Counted from the stretch's first letter, positions 1 to 11,104 are shown. The stretch: 64,000 nucleotides of DNA from an uncultured delta proteobacterium (GCA_963775425.1 CAVZJB010000003.1:662274-726273); one strand, 5' to 3'. The notes: a model not told the origin generated them from the sequence alone. Numbers and translations: made by a program.

Positions 1-2412
1 CCCGAGCCCGTCGCCGCGTCCGCTCCCGCCGCGTCCGCTGTCGTCGAGGCGGCCCCGGCCCCGGCGACGACCACGGCCGCTGCCACGGCCACGGCGACGG
101 CCGCCGCCGCCCCGGCCCCGGCCCCGGCGAGCGCCACCGCGCAGCCCGCCGCCGACAAGGAGCCCGCCGCCGCGTCCCCGGCCGCGGCCACCCCGGCGGA
201 GGCCGCGCCGGCCCCGAAGGGGGCGCCCGCCGCGCCCACCAACGTCGTGCGCGTCATCGACGCCGACGCGATCAAGGCGCGCCTCGCCGCCGAGAACCGC
301 ACCTTCGAGGTGCGCAAGCCCGGCGGCATGCGTCCCGGCACCCGCGGGCCCATCCGCGAGATCCGTGTGATGAACGATCGCTTCGGCGGCGCGCCCACCA
401 TGGTGGATGTGTCGGCGGGCGCCGCTCGCCCGGGCGCGCGCAAGGACGGCCCCGACGATCGCGGCCGCCGCTCCCCCGGCGACCGCGGCGGCGGGCGCGA
501 CCTCTGGCTGAACCCCGGCAAGAAGCGCAAGTCGGGCAAGAAGGGCAAGGGCCCCGAGATCACGCAGGCGGCGCAGCACAAGCGCGTCGTGGAGATGGAC
601 GGTCTCATCTCGGTTGCGGACCTCGCGCACCAGATGGCCATCAAGAGCGGCCAGGTCATCCAGAAGCTGTTCTCGATGGGAATGATGGTCACCGTGAACC
701 AGACCATCGACTTCGACACTGCGTCCATCGTGGCGCAGGAGTTCGGCTTCGAGGTGAAGAACGTCGCGTTCGCGGAGACGGACCTCCTCGAGACGCAGGA
801 GACCAAGGACGCCGGCGAGAAGCTCGAGGCGCGCGCGCCCGTCGTCACCGTCATGGGCCACGTCGACCACGGCAAGACGTCGCTGCTCGACGCCATCCGC
901 GGCTCCGACGTCGTCGCGGGCGAGGCCGGCGGCATCACGCAGCACATCGGCGCCTACGCGGTGGAGACGCCCAAGGGCACCGTCACCTTCCTCGACACCC
1001 CCGGCCACGCCGCGTTCACCGCCATGCGCGCGCGCGGCGCCCAGGTCACGGACTTCGTCATCCTCGTCGTCGCCGCCGACGACGGCGTCATGCCTCAGAC
1101 CATCGAGGCCATCCAGCACGCCAAGGCCGCCAAGGTCCCGATCATCGTGGCCATCAACAAGGCGGACAAGCCCGAGGCCAAGCCCGAGCGCGTCATGCAG
1201 CAGCTCACCGAGCACGGCCTCGTGCCCGAGGAGTGGGGCGGCGACGTGATGATGATCCCGGTGTCGGCGCGCAAGAACATGAACATCGACAAGCTCCTCG
1301 AGGCCACGCTGTTGCAGGCCGAGGTCGCCGAGCTCCGCGCGAGCCGGGACCGCCGCGCAGAGGGCACCATCATCGAGGCAGAGCTCGACAAGGGCCGCGG
1401 CCCCGTGGCCACCATCCTCGTGCAGAACGGCACGCTCAACACCGGTGACTTCATCGTCGCCGGCGAGCACGCGGGCAAGGTGCGCGCGATGATGGATTCG
1501 CGCGGCGAGACGGTCACCGAGGCCGGGCCCTCCACCCCGGTTCAGGTGCTCGGCCTCAGCGGCGTGCCCTCCGCGGGTGACAAGCTCAACGCCGTCGCCG
1601 ACGAAAAGACGGCGCGCACCGTGGCGGAGCACCGCCAGCAGAAGGCCCGCGAGGAGGCGCTCAAGCGCCAGAACTCGCCCATGTCCAACCTGCTCGACTT
1701 CATCGGTACCAAGGCGACCAACGAGGAGCACCACGAGCTCAACGTCATCGTCAAGGCCGACGTGGGCGGCTCGGCGGAGGCCATCTCGCAGCAGCTCGAG
1801 CGCCAGAGCACGAAGAAGGTGAAGGTCAACGTCGTGTCCTCGGGCGTCGGCACCATCACCGAGAGCGACGTCAACCTCGCGCTCACCTCCAAGGCCCTGG
1901 TCATCGGCTTCAACTCGAAGCCGGACCCCAAGGCCGCGGCGGTGGCGCAGCACGAGCGCGTCGAGATCCGCACCTTCAACATCATCTACGACGTCATCGA
2001 CGACGTGAAGAAGGCCATGGCGCGCCTCCTCGCGCCCAAGATCGAGGAGAAGTACCTCGGCAAGGCGGAGGTGCGGCAGCTCTTCAACGTGCCCAAGCTC
2101 GGCGTCATCGCGGGCTCCTACGTCACCGACGGCAAGCTCGTCCGCACCGAGCGCGTCCGCGTGAAGCGCGCGACCCAGACGGTGTTCGAGGGCTCGCTCG
2201 CGTCGCTCAAGCGCTTCAAGGACGACGTCCGCGAAGTCGCTTCGGGCTACGAGTGCGGCATCGGCTTCGTGGGCTTCTCGGAGCTGCAGCCCGGCGACGT
2301 CGTGGAGTGCTTCGAGCTCGTGGAGGTCGCCGCCGACCTCGGCGAGTCGATCGCCGACGCCGAAAAGAGCGCCGCCGGGCAGAGCACGCCGTCCGCGGGC
2401 GCGCAGGCCTGA
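1..2412 (+). CDS. infB: Translation initiation factor IF-2 (5' partial)
   Basis: [13 protein letters not shown] and NKAD GTPase motifs; [13 protein letters not shown]-terminus; frame open back to base 1 through an Ala/Pro-rich linker. Confidence 0.98.
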   Translation, partial: PEPVAASAPAASAVVEAAPAPATTTAAATATATAAAAPAPAPASATAQPAADKEPAAASPAAATPAEAAPAPKGAPAAPTNVVRVIDADAIKARLAAENRTFEVRKPGGMRPGTRGPIREIRVMNDRFGGAPTMVDVSAGAARPGARKDGPDDRGRRSPGDRGGGRDLWLNPGKKRKSGKKGKGPEITQAAQHKRVVEMDGLISVADLAHQMAIKSGQVIQKLFSMGMMVTVNQTIDFDTASIVAQEFGFEVKNVAFAETDLLETQETKDAGEKLEARAPVVTVMGHVDHGKTSLLDAIRGSDVVAGEAGGITQHIGAYAVETPKGTVTFLDTPGHAAFTAMRARGAQVTDFVILVVAADDGVMPQTIEAIQHAKAAKVPIIVAINKADKPEAKPERVMQQLTEHGLVPEEWGGDVMMIPVSARKNMNIDKLLEATLLQAEVAELRASRDRRAEGTIIEAELDKGRGPVATILVQNGTLNTGDFIVAGEHAGKVRAMMDSRGETVTEAGPSTPVQVLGLSGVPSAGDKLNAVADEKTARTVAEHRQQKAREEALKRQNSPMSNLLDFIGTKATNEEHHELNVIVKADVGGSAEAISQQLERQSTKKVKVNVVSSGVGTITESDVNLALTSKALVIGFNSKPDPKAAAVAQHERVEIRTFNIIYDVIDDVKKAMARLLAPKIEEKYLGKAEVRQLFNVPKLGVIAGSYVTDGKLVRTERVRVKRATQTVFEGSLASLKRFKDDVREVASGYECGIGFVGFSELQPGDVVECFELVEVAADLGESIADAEKSAAGQSTPSAGAQA

Positions 2413-2437
2413 GCGAGCGCTCCGCGCGCTCACCCAG

Positions 2438-2731
2438 GTGCTCGCCGTGATCGTCGCGACGCTCGAGCTCACGCTCACGTTCTATGCGGAGTCGCTGAAG
2501 GACAAGCGCAGCGTCGTGCGGCGCGTGCTCGCGCGCGTTCGCAACGAGTTCAACGTGTCCGCCGCCGAGGTCGACGAGCTCGACACCGTCGGCGGCGCCG
2601 TCCTGGGCTTCGCCTCGGTGGGCGCGGACAAGCGCTATCTGGAAGGCCAGCTCACGGCGCTGGAGAGCTTCGTGGAGCGCCTGGAGCTCGCCGAGATCAC
2701 GGACGCCCACCGCGACATCGTGCACGTTTGA
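2438..2731 (+). CDS. DUF503/YlxP family protein
   Basis: SLKDKRSVV...FNVSAAEVD motif; conserved position between infB and rbfA. Confidence 0.9.
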   Translation: MLAVIVATLELTLTFYAESLKDKRSVVRRVLARVRNEFNVSAAEVDELDTVGGAVLGFASVGADKRYLEGQLTALESFVERLELAEITDAHRDIVHV

Positions 2732-2771
2732 CCTCGTCGACAGGCCGCTCGCGCTGCCCTAGACCGATGAC

Positions 2772-3128
2772 ATGTCGATCCGGACCGAGCGCGTAGGCGA
2801 GGAGATCAAGAAGGTGCTGTCGACGCGCATCCTGCGCGGGCTGCGGGACCCTTTGCCGGGGTTCGTCACGATCTCCCACGTCGACGTCACAAGCGACTTC
2901 ACCCAGGCCAAGGTGTGGGTCAGCGTCATCGGCACCGATGACGAAAAGAAGGGCGCGCTCGCCGTGCTGACGGACAACCGCGGCGCGCTCCGCAAGGAGG
3001 TCGGCCACAACATCCGCCTGCGCAACACCCCCGAGCTGCGCTTCCTCCTCGACGAGGCGGGCGAGCGCGCCGCCCGCGTCTGGAAGATCCTCGAGGAGGA
3101 GAAGCAGAAGAGCGGTGGCAAGCTGTGA
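2772..3128 (+). CDS. rbfA: Ribosome-binding factor A
   Basis: RTERVGEEI...[10 protein letters not shown]...[11 protein letters not shown]; synteny with infB. Confidence 0.95.
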   Translation: MSIRTERVGEEIKKVLSTRILRGLRDPLPGFVTISHVDVTSDFTQAKVWVSVIGTDDEKKGALAVLTDNRGALRKEVGHNIRLRNTPELRFLLDEAGERAARVWKILEEEKQKSGGKL

Positions 3129-4582
3129 GCGACGCCACGCGCAAGCTGTTCGGCACCGACGGCATCCGCGGCACGGCCAACGCGTGGCCCATGACCATCG
3201 ACATCGCGATGCGCCTCGGCCAGGCGCTGGCGTGGCAGGTGCGCGACAACAAGCTCGGCCGCTTCATGGGGCGCGCGCCCTCGGCGCGGCCACACCGCGG
3301 GCGCATCGTGCTCGGCAAGGACACCCGCGCCTCGGGCTACATGATCGAGCAGGCCATCGCGGCCGGCATCACCTCCGGCGGCGTCGACGTCATGCTCGTG
3401 GGGCCGCTGCCCACGCCGGGCATCGCGTTCATCGCCCAGTCCATGCGGGCGGACGCCGGCGTCGTCGTGTCGGCTTCGCACAACCCGTACGAGGACAACG
3501 GCATCAAGGTCTTCGACCACGACGGCTTCAAGCTCCCCGATGCCGCCGAGGCCGAGCTCGAGTCGCTCATCGCCGCCTTCGCGGCGCTCGGGGGCGCAAC
3601 GGATTCCGCGCTCGAGCCGCACGCCGCCCTCGAGGCGCGCTTCGGGGGCCGGCGCGCCACCGGCGAGCAGGTCGGGCGCGCGGTCCGCATCGACGACGCG
3701 CGGGGGCGCTACGTCGTCGACGTGAAGTCCAGCTTCCCCAAGGACCTCACCCTCGAGGAGATGCGCATCGTCGTCGACTGCGCGCACGGCGCCGCCTACA
3801 AGAGCGCGCCCGAGGTGCTGCGCGAGCTCGGTGCCGAGGTCTTCGCGTACGGTGACAAGCCCAACGGCACCAACATCAACGCCGGCGTCGGCTCCACGCA
3901 CCCCGAGCACGTGCAGCGCCTGGTCCTCGAGCACAAGGCCGACATCGGCATCGCCCTCGACGGCGACGCCGACCGCGTCATCGTCGTCGACGAGAAGGGC
4001 AACGTCGTCGACGGCGACGCCGTGATGGCGGTGTGCGCGCGGGAGCTCAAGCGGCGCGGCGAGCTCAAGGGCGACACCCTCGTCGCCACGGTGATGTCCA
4101 ACATCGGGCTTGAGCGCTGCCTCAAGAGCGTGGGCGTGCAGGTCGAGCGCGTGCAGGTCGGCGACCGCTACGTCGTCGAGCGCATGCGCGAGGGCGGCTT
4201 CAACCTTGGCGGCGAGCAGTCGGGGCACGTCATCTTCCTCGACCACACCACCACCGGCGACGGCACCGTGGCCGCCCTCTCGCTGCTGGCGGTGATGCGC
4301 CGAGAGGGGCGCCCGGTCTCCGAGATCACGCGCTTCTTCGCGCCGTCGCCGCAGGAGCTCGTGAACGTGAAGGTCGGCCGCAAGGTTCCCCTCGACGAGC
4401 TCCCCGCGGTCACGCAGGCCATCCGGAGCGTCGAGGCGGTCCTCGGGAGCGAAGGCCGCGTTCTCGTTCGCTACTCCGGCACCGAGATGAAGGCCCGCGT
4501 CATGGTGGAGGGCCCCGACGCCGGCGCCGTCTCCACGCACGCCCGCTCCATCGCCGACGCCCTCGTCCGCGCCCTCGGCTGA
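3125..4582 (+). CDS. glmM: Phosphoglucosamine mutase
   Basis: [15 protein letters not shown] (phospho-Ser), DGDADR, GGEQSGH, RYSGTE. Confidence 0.96.
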   Translation: MSDATRKLFGTDGIRGTANAWPMTIDIAMRLGQALAWQVRDNKLGRFMGRAPSARPHRGRIVLGKDTRASGYMIEQAIAAGITSGGVDVMLVGPLPTPGIAFIAQSMRADAGVVVSASHNPYEDNGIKVFDHDGFKLPDAAEAELESLIAAFAALGGATDSALEPHAALEARFGGRRATGEQVGRAVRIDDARGRYVVDVKSSFPKDLTLEEMRIVVDCAHGAAYKSAPEVLRELGAEVFAYGDKPNGTNINAGVGSTHPEHVQRLVLEHKADIGIALDGDADRVIVVDEKGNVVDGDAVMAVCARELKRRGELKGDTLVATVMSNIGLERCLKSVGVQVERVQVGDRYVVERMREGGFNLGGEQSGHVIFLDHTTTGDGTVAALSLLAVMRREGRPVSEITRFFAPSPQELVNVKVGRKVPLDELPAVTQAIRSVEAVLGSEGRVLVRYSGTEMKARVMVEGPDAGAVSTHARSIADALVRALG

Positions 4583-4679
4583 GCCACAACGGCGGCGTGG
4601 GCCCGCGAGGCCACCGTCGTCACACGCCGGGGCAATCCAGCCCGTTTACGGGAGGGAACCGAGCGGCTACCTGCCTCGT

Positions 4680-5768
4680 ATGGACGCTATGAGCACGCGC
4701 GCGGTCGTTTGTAAGCCCGCCGTGGTTCTGCCCGACAACGTCTTCACCAGGGAGATGCTCAAGGACACGGCCAGGAAGGTCCTCGAGGGGCACCCGCACC
4801 TGCCGCGCGTGCTGCGCATCATCGAGAACACGGGCATCGAGACGCGCCACCTGGTGCGCCCCATCGAGGAGACCGTGACACCCTCGGGCTTCGGCACCCG
4901 CAACGACGTGTTCATCGCGGAGAGCAAGCGGCTCGGTGAGCGCGCGGCGCAGGAGGCGCTCGACAACGCCGGCCTCGCGGCGGGCGACATCGACCTCATC
5001 ATCACCACCTCGTGCACCGGCGTGATGATTCCGTCGCTCGACGCGCACCTCGTGGCCACCATGGACTTCTCGCCGCGCACGCGCCGGCTGCCCATCACGG
5101 AGCTCGGCTGCGCCGCGGGCACGGTGGCGATGTCGCGGGCCCGCGAGCTCATCGCCGGGGGCATCGCCAAGAACGTGCTCGTGGTGAGCCACGAGCTGTG
5201 CTCGCTCACCTACCAGCGCGAAGACCTCACCATGCAGGCGCTCGTCGGGGGCCTCCTGTTCGGCGACGGCGTGACGGCCGCCGTGATCACCGGCGACGAC
5301 GGCGCGCGCACCGGGCTCCAGCTCGACGCCAACGAGTCGTTCCTCTTCGAGGGGAGTTGGGGCTACATGGGCTTCGACATCCGCGACAGCGGCATGCACC
5401 TCATCCTCGACAAGGGCATCCCCGGCGCCGTCGAGCGGCAGATCGCGCCGGTGCTGCTCGGCTTCCTCGACGGACAGCACTTCGACAAGGACGACGTCGA
5501 CTTCTTCTGCCTGCACCCCGGCGGCAAGAAGGTCATCGACGAGATCTCGCGCGTGTTCGAGCTCGACGACGAAGACACCCGCGCCAGCCGCGACTGCCTC
5601 GCCGAGGTCGGCAACCTCTCGTCCGCGTCCATCCTCGTGGTGTTGCGCAACATCTTCGAGCGCTACACCCCCAAGCCGGGCGGCCGCGGCCTCGTCGTGG
5701 GCTTCGGCCCGGGCTTCTCCGCGGAGATGCTCCTCACGACGTGGCGGGGGCCGGCCGCCGCGGGATGA
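4680..5768 (+). CDS. Type III polyketide synthase (RppA/SrsA-like)
   Basis: Cys-His-Asn triad in ELGCAAG, LHPGG and GNLSS; LFGDG; GFGPG. Start may be 4689. Confidence 0.93.
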   Translation: MDAMSTRAVVCKPAVVLPDNVFTREMLKDTARKVLEGHPHLPRVLRIIENTGIETRHLVRPIEETVTPSGFGTRNDVFIAESKRLGERAAQEALDNAGLAAGDIDLIITTSCTGVMIPSLDAHLVATMDFSPRTRRLPITELGCAAGTVAMSRARELIAGGIAKNVLVVSHELCSLTYQREDLTMQALVGGLLFGDGVTAAVITGDDGARTGLQLDANESFLFEGSWGYMGFDIRDSGMHLILDKGIPGAVERQIAPVLLGFLDGQHFDKDDVDFFCLHPGGKKVIDEISRVFELDDEDTRASRDCLAEVGNLSSASILVVLRNIFERYTPKPGGRGLVVGFGPGFSAEMLLTTWRGPAAAG

Positions 5769-6362
5769 TCCCCGCGGCGGACGCCGTGACGGGCGATCTC
5801 CGCGTTCCTCGCGCTCCTCGCCGTCGTCGGGGCCGCGCGCGTCGCCGAGCTCCTCGTGGCCCGGCGGCGCACGCAGGCCGCGCGTGCGCGCGGCGAGGCG
5901 CCTCAAGCGGAGCCGGTGTTCGCGTTGATGGTGGTGCTGCACGTGCTCCCATTCGTCCTCGCGCCCGTGGAGGTCATCGCGCTCGACCGCCCGTTTCGCC
6001 CCGTGCTCTTCGCGGTGTGCGCGTTGGCGCTCGCCGGGCTCGGCGTGCTGCGCGTGTGGACGCTGCGGACGCTCGGTGCGCGCTGGAACGTGCGCATCGT
6101 GAAGCCCGACGCCGTGGTCGACGACGGCCCGTACCGCTTCATCCGTCATCCGAATTACGCGGTGGTGATCGGGGAGCTCTTCTTCCTGCCGCTGGCGCAC
6201 GGCGCCTGGATCACGTGCCTCGTCGTCGGTGCGCTCAACGCCTGGGTGCTCTCCCGTCGCATCCCCGCCGAGGAGGAGGTCCTCCGTTCCCTCCCGGGCT
6301 ACGCCGAGCGGATGGGAAAAAAGCCTCGGTTTCTGCCGATCCGTTGGCGTCGCAGTTTGTAA
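5765..6362 (+). CDS. Isoprenylcysteine carboxyl methyltransferase family (SrsB/BpsB-like), apparent +1 frameshift at GGG 5791-5793
   Basis: GPYRFIRHPNY and RIPAEEEVL motifs. ATG 5765 overlaps the PKS stop; the hydrophobic N-terminus AISAFLALLAVVGAARVAELLVARR is in the +1 frame. Confidence 0.82.
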
Positions 6363-6598
6363 AAAGTTCGCGCCCGCTCGCACGAAAATGCAGTCCACGA
6401 TGCCGCACGGCGCCATGGACCAAGCCGCGGTCGCGGGCGCGCACGGACCCAACCATGCGTCGACGCAAATTCGTCGTCGAGGTTGCAGTTCTTGCACAAT
6501 CGTTCCCTCCTCCTGCGCTTGCCGCGTGGAGTGGACGCGCGCATACAGTCGAATCATCAAGCACGTCGTTGAAGGCGTGGAGCAAGGGGAAGTGATTC

Positions 6599-7240
6599 AT
6601 GGTGGTTTCCATTGCCAACAACAGCGGCCTCTCTACCCGAGCGCGGGGAGCGGCCACGCAGACCCGCATCCTCGAGAAGGCGGTCCACATCGCCTCCATC
6701 GAGGGGCTCGAGTCGATGAGCCTGGCGACCCTCGCCAAGGCTACGTCGATGTCCAAGAGCGGTCTCTTCGCGCACTTCCGCAGCAAGGAGGCCTTGCAGA
6801 TCGCGATCATCGACGAGGCGGAGCGCATCTTCTCCGACGTCGTCGTGCGGCCGGCGCTTCAGGTGCAAAACGGCATCGAACGCGTCACGCGCCTCGTCGA
6901 GGGCTATGTCGAGTACTGCGCCCGCGGACCGTTCCAGGGCGGCTGTTTCTTCGCGGCCGCTGCGCACGAGTTCGACGGGCGCCCGGGCCCGGTGCGCGAT
7001 CGGGTCATCGGCTACTACGACACCTGGCACCGCCAGGTGCGGACCACCCTGCAGGAAGCCGCCCAGCGCGGCGACCTGCGCGAGGGGCTCGACGTCGACA
7101 GCTTCATCTTCGAGATGCAGGGCATCGGCCTGTCGGCGAACCTCGCCGCGCAGATCGGTTCCGGCGTCGAGCGCGCTCGCGAGGAAGGGCTCGCCGCCGC
7201 CCACGCGTTGGTGGAGCGCTCGTCGAACTCGCGCAATTGA
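6599..7240 (+). CDS. TetR/AcrR family transcriptional regulator
   Basis: HTH motif MSKSGLFAHFRSKEAL; GGCFF...EFDGRPG C-domain. Confidence 0.92.
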   Translation: MVVSIANNSGLSTRARGAATQTRILEKAVHIASIEGLESMSLATLAKATSMSKSGLFAHFRSKEALQIAIIDEAERIFSDVVVRPALQVQNGIERVTRLVEGYVEYCARGPFQGGCFFAAAAHEFDGRPGPVRDRVIGYYDTWHRQVRTTLQEAAQRGDLREGLDVDSFIFEMQGIGLSANLAAQIGSGVERAREEGLAAAHALVERSSNSRN

Positions 7241-7258
7241 GTTGTGCGGCGTCGCCTT

Positions 7259-7335
7259 GCGGCGCCACGACATTCCCGGCGGGGCCCCGCTGTCGATGAG
7301 ACGACGGAGTGCCCCGCCGCGATTGTCTGCGCCGC
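7259..7335. repeat. Imperfect palindromic stem-loop element, copy 1
   Basis: GCGGCG..ACGACATT..CGGCGGG / CCCGCCGCGATTGTC.GCGCCGC arms; similar to 16575-16652. Confidence 0.65.
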
Positions 7336-7381
7336 GCGCCTGCTTCACTCTCAGAGTGATCTGGCCCGATGGACGAGCCAC

Positions 7382-7838
7382 CCGGAAGGGGACGGTGCTA
7401 CGGCCACACGGCGGAGCGGAAAGGAGCTCCGGCGGTGGCGACGTTGTCTAGCCTTCGCTGATTCCGAGCGCCCAAGCACTCGCAACTCACCGAGATTTGC
7501 GGCCCAGCTTGGCGTCGACACGCTCTACGTACGGGGGCTAGCGAAGGTCGCCCTGATGGCAGCCGTGGCCTTCAACCTGCTGCAGAACCTCGCGAAGCTC
7601 ACCGCCTGAAGTCCGCGCCGACGTCGCATCGAGGCACGTCGGCGCGCACACGACCCGCACGAACCCGCCACGTGCGCTGATAGCGGGATCACAACACCGC
7701 TCGGACCCGCCGTTTCCTCACAACCTGCAGCGGTTCTTGCTCGCCGACGTGCCTCGCCACGTACTCCGCGCGGCGAGCCACCTTGTGGGCGGCTTCGCCG
7801 AGTGCTGCTACGAGCCTTTTTTTTCGTCAGCCTTTCAG
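7382..7838 (+). mobile_element. IS1182-family transposase remnant (C-terminus plus 3' end), copy 1
   Basis: Encodes VRGLAKV..LMAAVAFNLL; 7551-7838 is a near-identical inverted copy of 16054-16333; 7382-7417 matches 16517-16552. Confidence 0.75.
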
Positions 7839-9040
7839 GGCCGAAGCGCTCGGCTGGGCGCCGGCGTCGCGCCCACGGCGAGCTTCGCGAAGTCGAGGGC
7901 GCCGAGGCTCGCGAGCGCGCGGGTGCCGTTGTTGACCCCGAGCAGCCTCGAGAAGAGCGCAGGCTCGCGGGCGAGGCGCGCGATGGCCCGCCGCGCGAAG
8001 CGCGGATGGCGGGCGAGCTCCACGAGCCCGAACGTCAACAGCGCGTGGTCGCGAAAGGCGTTCATGCGCTCGCGACGGTAGCGCGCGCGGCTCGCGGCGA
8101 GATCCGCGCCGCCGAGCGCCCCGGCGACGACGTCCGCACACAACACCGCCGTCTTGAGCGCCAGGCTCATGCCCTCGCCGGTGATGGCGTCGACGTAGCC
8201 GGCGGCGTCGCCGACGAGGAAGGCGCGGCCGGCCGCGGGGGCCCGCGCGCGCACCCGCAGCGGCCCACAGGCGAGCGCCGGCCCCTCGGGCGTCGCCGGC
8301 GACAGCCGGTCCGCCACCGGCGCGCACGCCGCGATCAAGGCGTGCAGGCGATCCTCGGGCCGCCCGGCGCCGTCGTGCAGCACGCTTCGCTCGCAGAGGG
8401 CGGCCACGCCCACGACGTCGACGGCGACGGGCGTGACGTACAGCTCGTAGCCCCGCACGACGTTCACCTCGACGCGGTCGGGCAGGGGCGTCCCCGCGGG
8501 CAGGCGAAAGTGCCGCCGCAGCGCGTAGCGCGGCCGCCGCGGCGCTCCGCCGTCGAGCCCGAGCGCGTGCCGCACGGTGGAGCGCGGCCCGTCGGCGCCG
8601 ACGAGGAAGCGCCCGCGCAGCGCGCGCCCATCGGCGAGCGTCACGCCGTCGTCGAGGACGCCGACGACGCGGCCGCGCAGGAGCGTCACGCCGGGTGCCG
8701 CGGCGGCGCGCTCGCGCACCAGGGCGTCGAGCAAGCGGCGACGCACCCCGCGGCCGACGGCGCCGCCCTCGAAGTCGCCGAGCGCCGTCACGCCGTGGCA
8801 GCGGTAGAGGATGCCCTTGAACGGCTGGCCGCCGCAGGCGTCGACGACGCCGCCGAGGCCCAACGACGCCAACAGCGATACGCCGTGCGGCAGGAGCCCC
8901 TCACCGCACGGTTTGTCGCGCGGGAACTCCGCCTTGTCGACGACGACGCTCGTCATTCCGTGCTTGGACAGAGCGAGCGCGGTAGCCGCGCCGGCGAGGC
9001 CGCCGCCCGCGATGACGACGTCGGCGTCGAGGCCGCTCAC
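7835..9040 (-). CDS. FAD-dependent monooxygenase/oxidoreductase (geranylgeranyl reductase-like, SrsC-like)
   Basis: VVIAGGGLAG, DKPCGEGL, GADG and VGDAAG..DAITGEG; GTG start overlaps the upstream stop. Confidence 0.88.
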   Translation of the reverse strand: MSGLDADVVIAGGGLAGAATALALSKHGMTSVVVDKAEFPRDKPCGEGLLPHGVSLLASLGLGGVVDACGGQPFKGILYRCHGVTALGDFEGGAVGRGVRRRLLDALVRERAAAAPGVTLLRGRVVGVLDDGVTLADGRALRGRFLVGADGPRSTVRHALGLDGGAPRRPRYALRRHFRLPAGTPLPDRVEVNVVRGYELYVTPVAVDVVGVAALCERSVLHDGAGRPEDRLHALIAACAPVADRLSPATPEGPALACGPLRVRARAPAAGRAFLVGDAAGYVDAITGEGMSLALKTAVLCADVVAGALGGADLAASRARYRRERMNAFRDHALLTFGLVELARHPRFARRAIARLAREPALFSRLLGVNNGTRALASLGALDFAKLAVGATPAPSRALRP

Positions 9041-11094
9041 CGCTTGAGGAACTTGCCGAAACCGGTGGGCTTCTTGTCCGCCTCGATCTTGCGCTGCAGC
9101 GCCCGCATGCCCTTGGTGGCGCCCATGTGCCGCGGATCGATCTCGAGCACCTTCTTGAAGGCGATGTTCGCGGTGCGGTTGTCGCCGATCTCGAGCGCGA
9201 TCCAGCCCTGGAATTCCTTGAGCGCGAGCGCGCCAGGCTGCGCCTTGTAGTGCCCTTCGAGCTCCCGGATGATGAGCTGCCCGGCGCCGGCGGCCTTCGA
9301 GTGCAGGAACCAGTGGCAGTACTTCTGGTAGCCGAGCACCTCGTCGTTCTTCGGCATCACCGGCACGACCTTGTCGAGCAGCGAGAGCGCGCCCGCGAGC
9401 TCGCCGCGGTCGACGAGCTGGCGCGCGCGGTTCATGTCGTTTTCGGCCTGGAAGATGAGCTCGAGGTCGGAGGAGGCGCCCTGCTCGTCGAACTGCATCT
9501 TGGCCTCGTACTCGCCTCGCTTCTTCTCGTCGGAGAGGGTGGCGTACGCGGTCTGGATGGTCTGAAAGATGTGGTCGAGCTTCTTCTGGGCGGTGCCGAG
9601 GTTCAGGCCGGCGAAGGCGTCGGTGTGGAATTCCTTCGCGAGCGCGAAGTACGCCTTCTTCACCGCGCCGACGTCGGCGCCGCGGTTGATGCCGAGCATG
9701 GTGAAGTAGTCCTTGCCCTCGAGGTCTTCGAACTTGGCGGCGATCCGGCCGCGCGCCTCGTTCTCCTCGGGGGAGAACGCGGCGCCCTGGTCCGCGCTCT
9801 CGTCGATGACGGGTCGCCCGGCGCCCCGCATGCCCGGCGCCGTGCGCGGCGTCGACGGCGGCGGGTGCGTCTGCGACGCCGGCGCCCGTGGCCGCGCCGG
9901 CCGCGCCGGCGCCGGATCCAGGGACACAGGCGCCTGCGAGCCGGTGTTCCCCGTGGACGCGGCGGTGGCCATGGGGATGACCTCGAGCGACGCGCGCACC
10001 GCCATCGTCGACATCAACAGGTAGATCTGGCGAAAGCGCGCCGCGCGCTCGCTGGGGTTGCCGGCGGCCTCGAGCATCATCGCGATGGTGGCGCGGCCGT
10101 TGATGGCGCGGGTGAGGCTGTCGCTGCCGCAGCCCTCGATGAGCCTGGGCGCCACCTCGCTCCATGCGTCGCCGGGCGCGAGGCGCAGCGGGCGGCGGGG
10201 GCTCACGTGCGCGTCGAGCTCGCGCTCACCGGTGCGGCGCAAGCCCGCGAGGAGCGGCTCGATGATCGGGCACGCCGCCGACGGGACGAGGTTGGTGAAG
10301 CCGTCGGTGGCCACCCAGCGGAAGCGCCCGTTGAACGCCACCACCTTCTCGAGGACGCGCGGGATGAGCGCTTTGTACGCGCTCTTGGCGTCGTGGTCGG
10401 ACATCCACCCTTCGCCCTTCAACACGTCGTAGAGGCCGATGCTGCGCTGCACGGCGAGCTCGACGGCCTGGCGATAGCTGTCCGCGTCGATGACGCCGGC
10501 CCTGACGAGCTCGACGCCGACGTTGATCTGCGGGTCGCTGTGCTGGGCGAGGACCGCGCGTCCCTTGTAGACGAACACGCGGGCGCGCTCGCCGGGCGTG
10601 TCGCCGAACAGCTCGAGGACGCCGGTGTGCATCTCCCGGGCGGCCCGCCACAGGAGATACAGCGCGGGGTTCTCGACGAGCGAGCCCTCCGCCGGCAGCG
10701 GCTGCTGATCCGCGGGCGGCGCGCCGGCGAAGATGAGGGGGCGCACGGCGTCGATGAGGCGCTGGGCGTCGAAGGGCTTGGTGAGGTACGCCTTGGCGCC
10801 GTAGTTGTCTCGTGCGTCCTTTTGCTGGTCCGGGCTCTTGAAGACGCCGCTGATGAAGATGATGGGCGTGTCCAGGCCGCGGCCGCGGACGAACTTGGCG
10901 ACGTCGAAGCCCTGCACCTTGGGCAGCAGGCAGTCGAGGATGATGACCTGCGCGGCGTCGGGTTGGTCGAGGGCGTCCATGGCCGCCTGGCCGTTGGGCA
11001 CGGCGTTGACCTCGTAGCCCTCGGCGCGAAGCGTCTCGGCCAGCGTATCGCGGAGGTTTCCGTCGTCCTCCGCCAACAGGATCTTCGCAGCCAT
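9037..11094 (-). CDS. Receiver-domain protein with J-like domain and TPRs
   Basis: REC domain (ILLAEDD, IILD, YLTKPF); J-like DYFTMLG..VKKAYFALAKEFHTD..AYATLSD; C-terminal TPR. Confidence 0.82.
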   Translation of the reverse strand: MAAKILLAEDDGNLRDTLAETLRAEGYEVNAVPNGQAAMDALDQPDAAQVIILDCLLPKVQGFDVAKFVRGRGLDTPIIFISGVFKSPDQQKDARDNYGAKAYLTKPFDAQRLIDAVRPLIFAGAPPADQQPLPAEGSLVENPALYLLWRAAREMHTGVLELFGDTPGERARVFVYKGRAVLAQHSDPQINVGVELVRAGVIDADSYRQAVELAVQRSIGLYDVLKGEGWMSDHDAKSAYKALIPRVLEKVVAFNGRFRWVATDGFTNLVPSAACPIIEPLLAGLRRTGERELDAHVSPRRPLRLAPGDAWSEVAPRLIEGCGSDSLTRAINGRATIAMMLEAAGNPSERAARFRQIYLLMSTMAVRASLEVIPMATAASTGNTGSQAPVSLDPAPARPARPRAPASQTHPPPSTPRTAPGMRGAGRPVIDESADQGAAFSPEENEARGRIAAKFEDLEGKDYFTMLGINRGADVGAVKKAYFALAKEFHTDAFAGLNLGTAQKKLDHIFQTIQTAYATLSDEKKRGEYEAKMQFDEQGASSDLELIFQAENDMNRARQLVDRGELAGALSLLDKVVPVMPKNDEVLGYQKYCHWFLHSKAAGAGQLIIRELEGHYKAQPGALALKEFQGWIALEIGDNRTANIAFKKVLEIDPRHMGATKGMRALQRKIEADKKPTGFGKFLKR

Positions 11095-11104
11095 CGTCTC
11101 CCTT

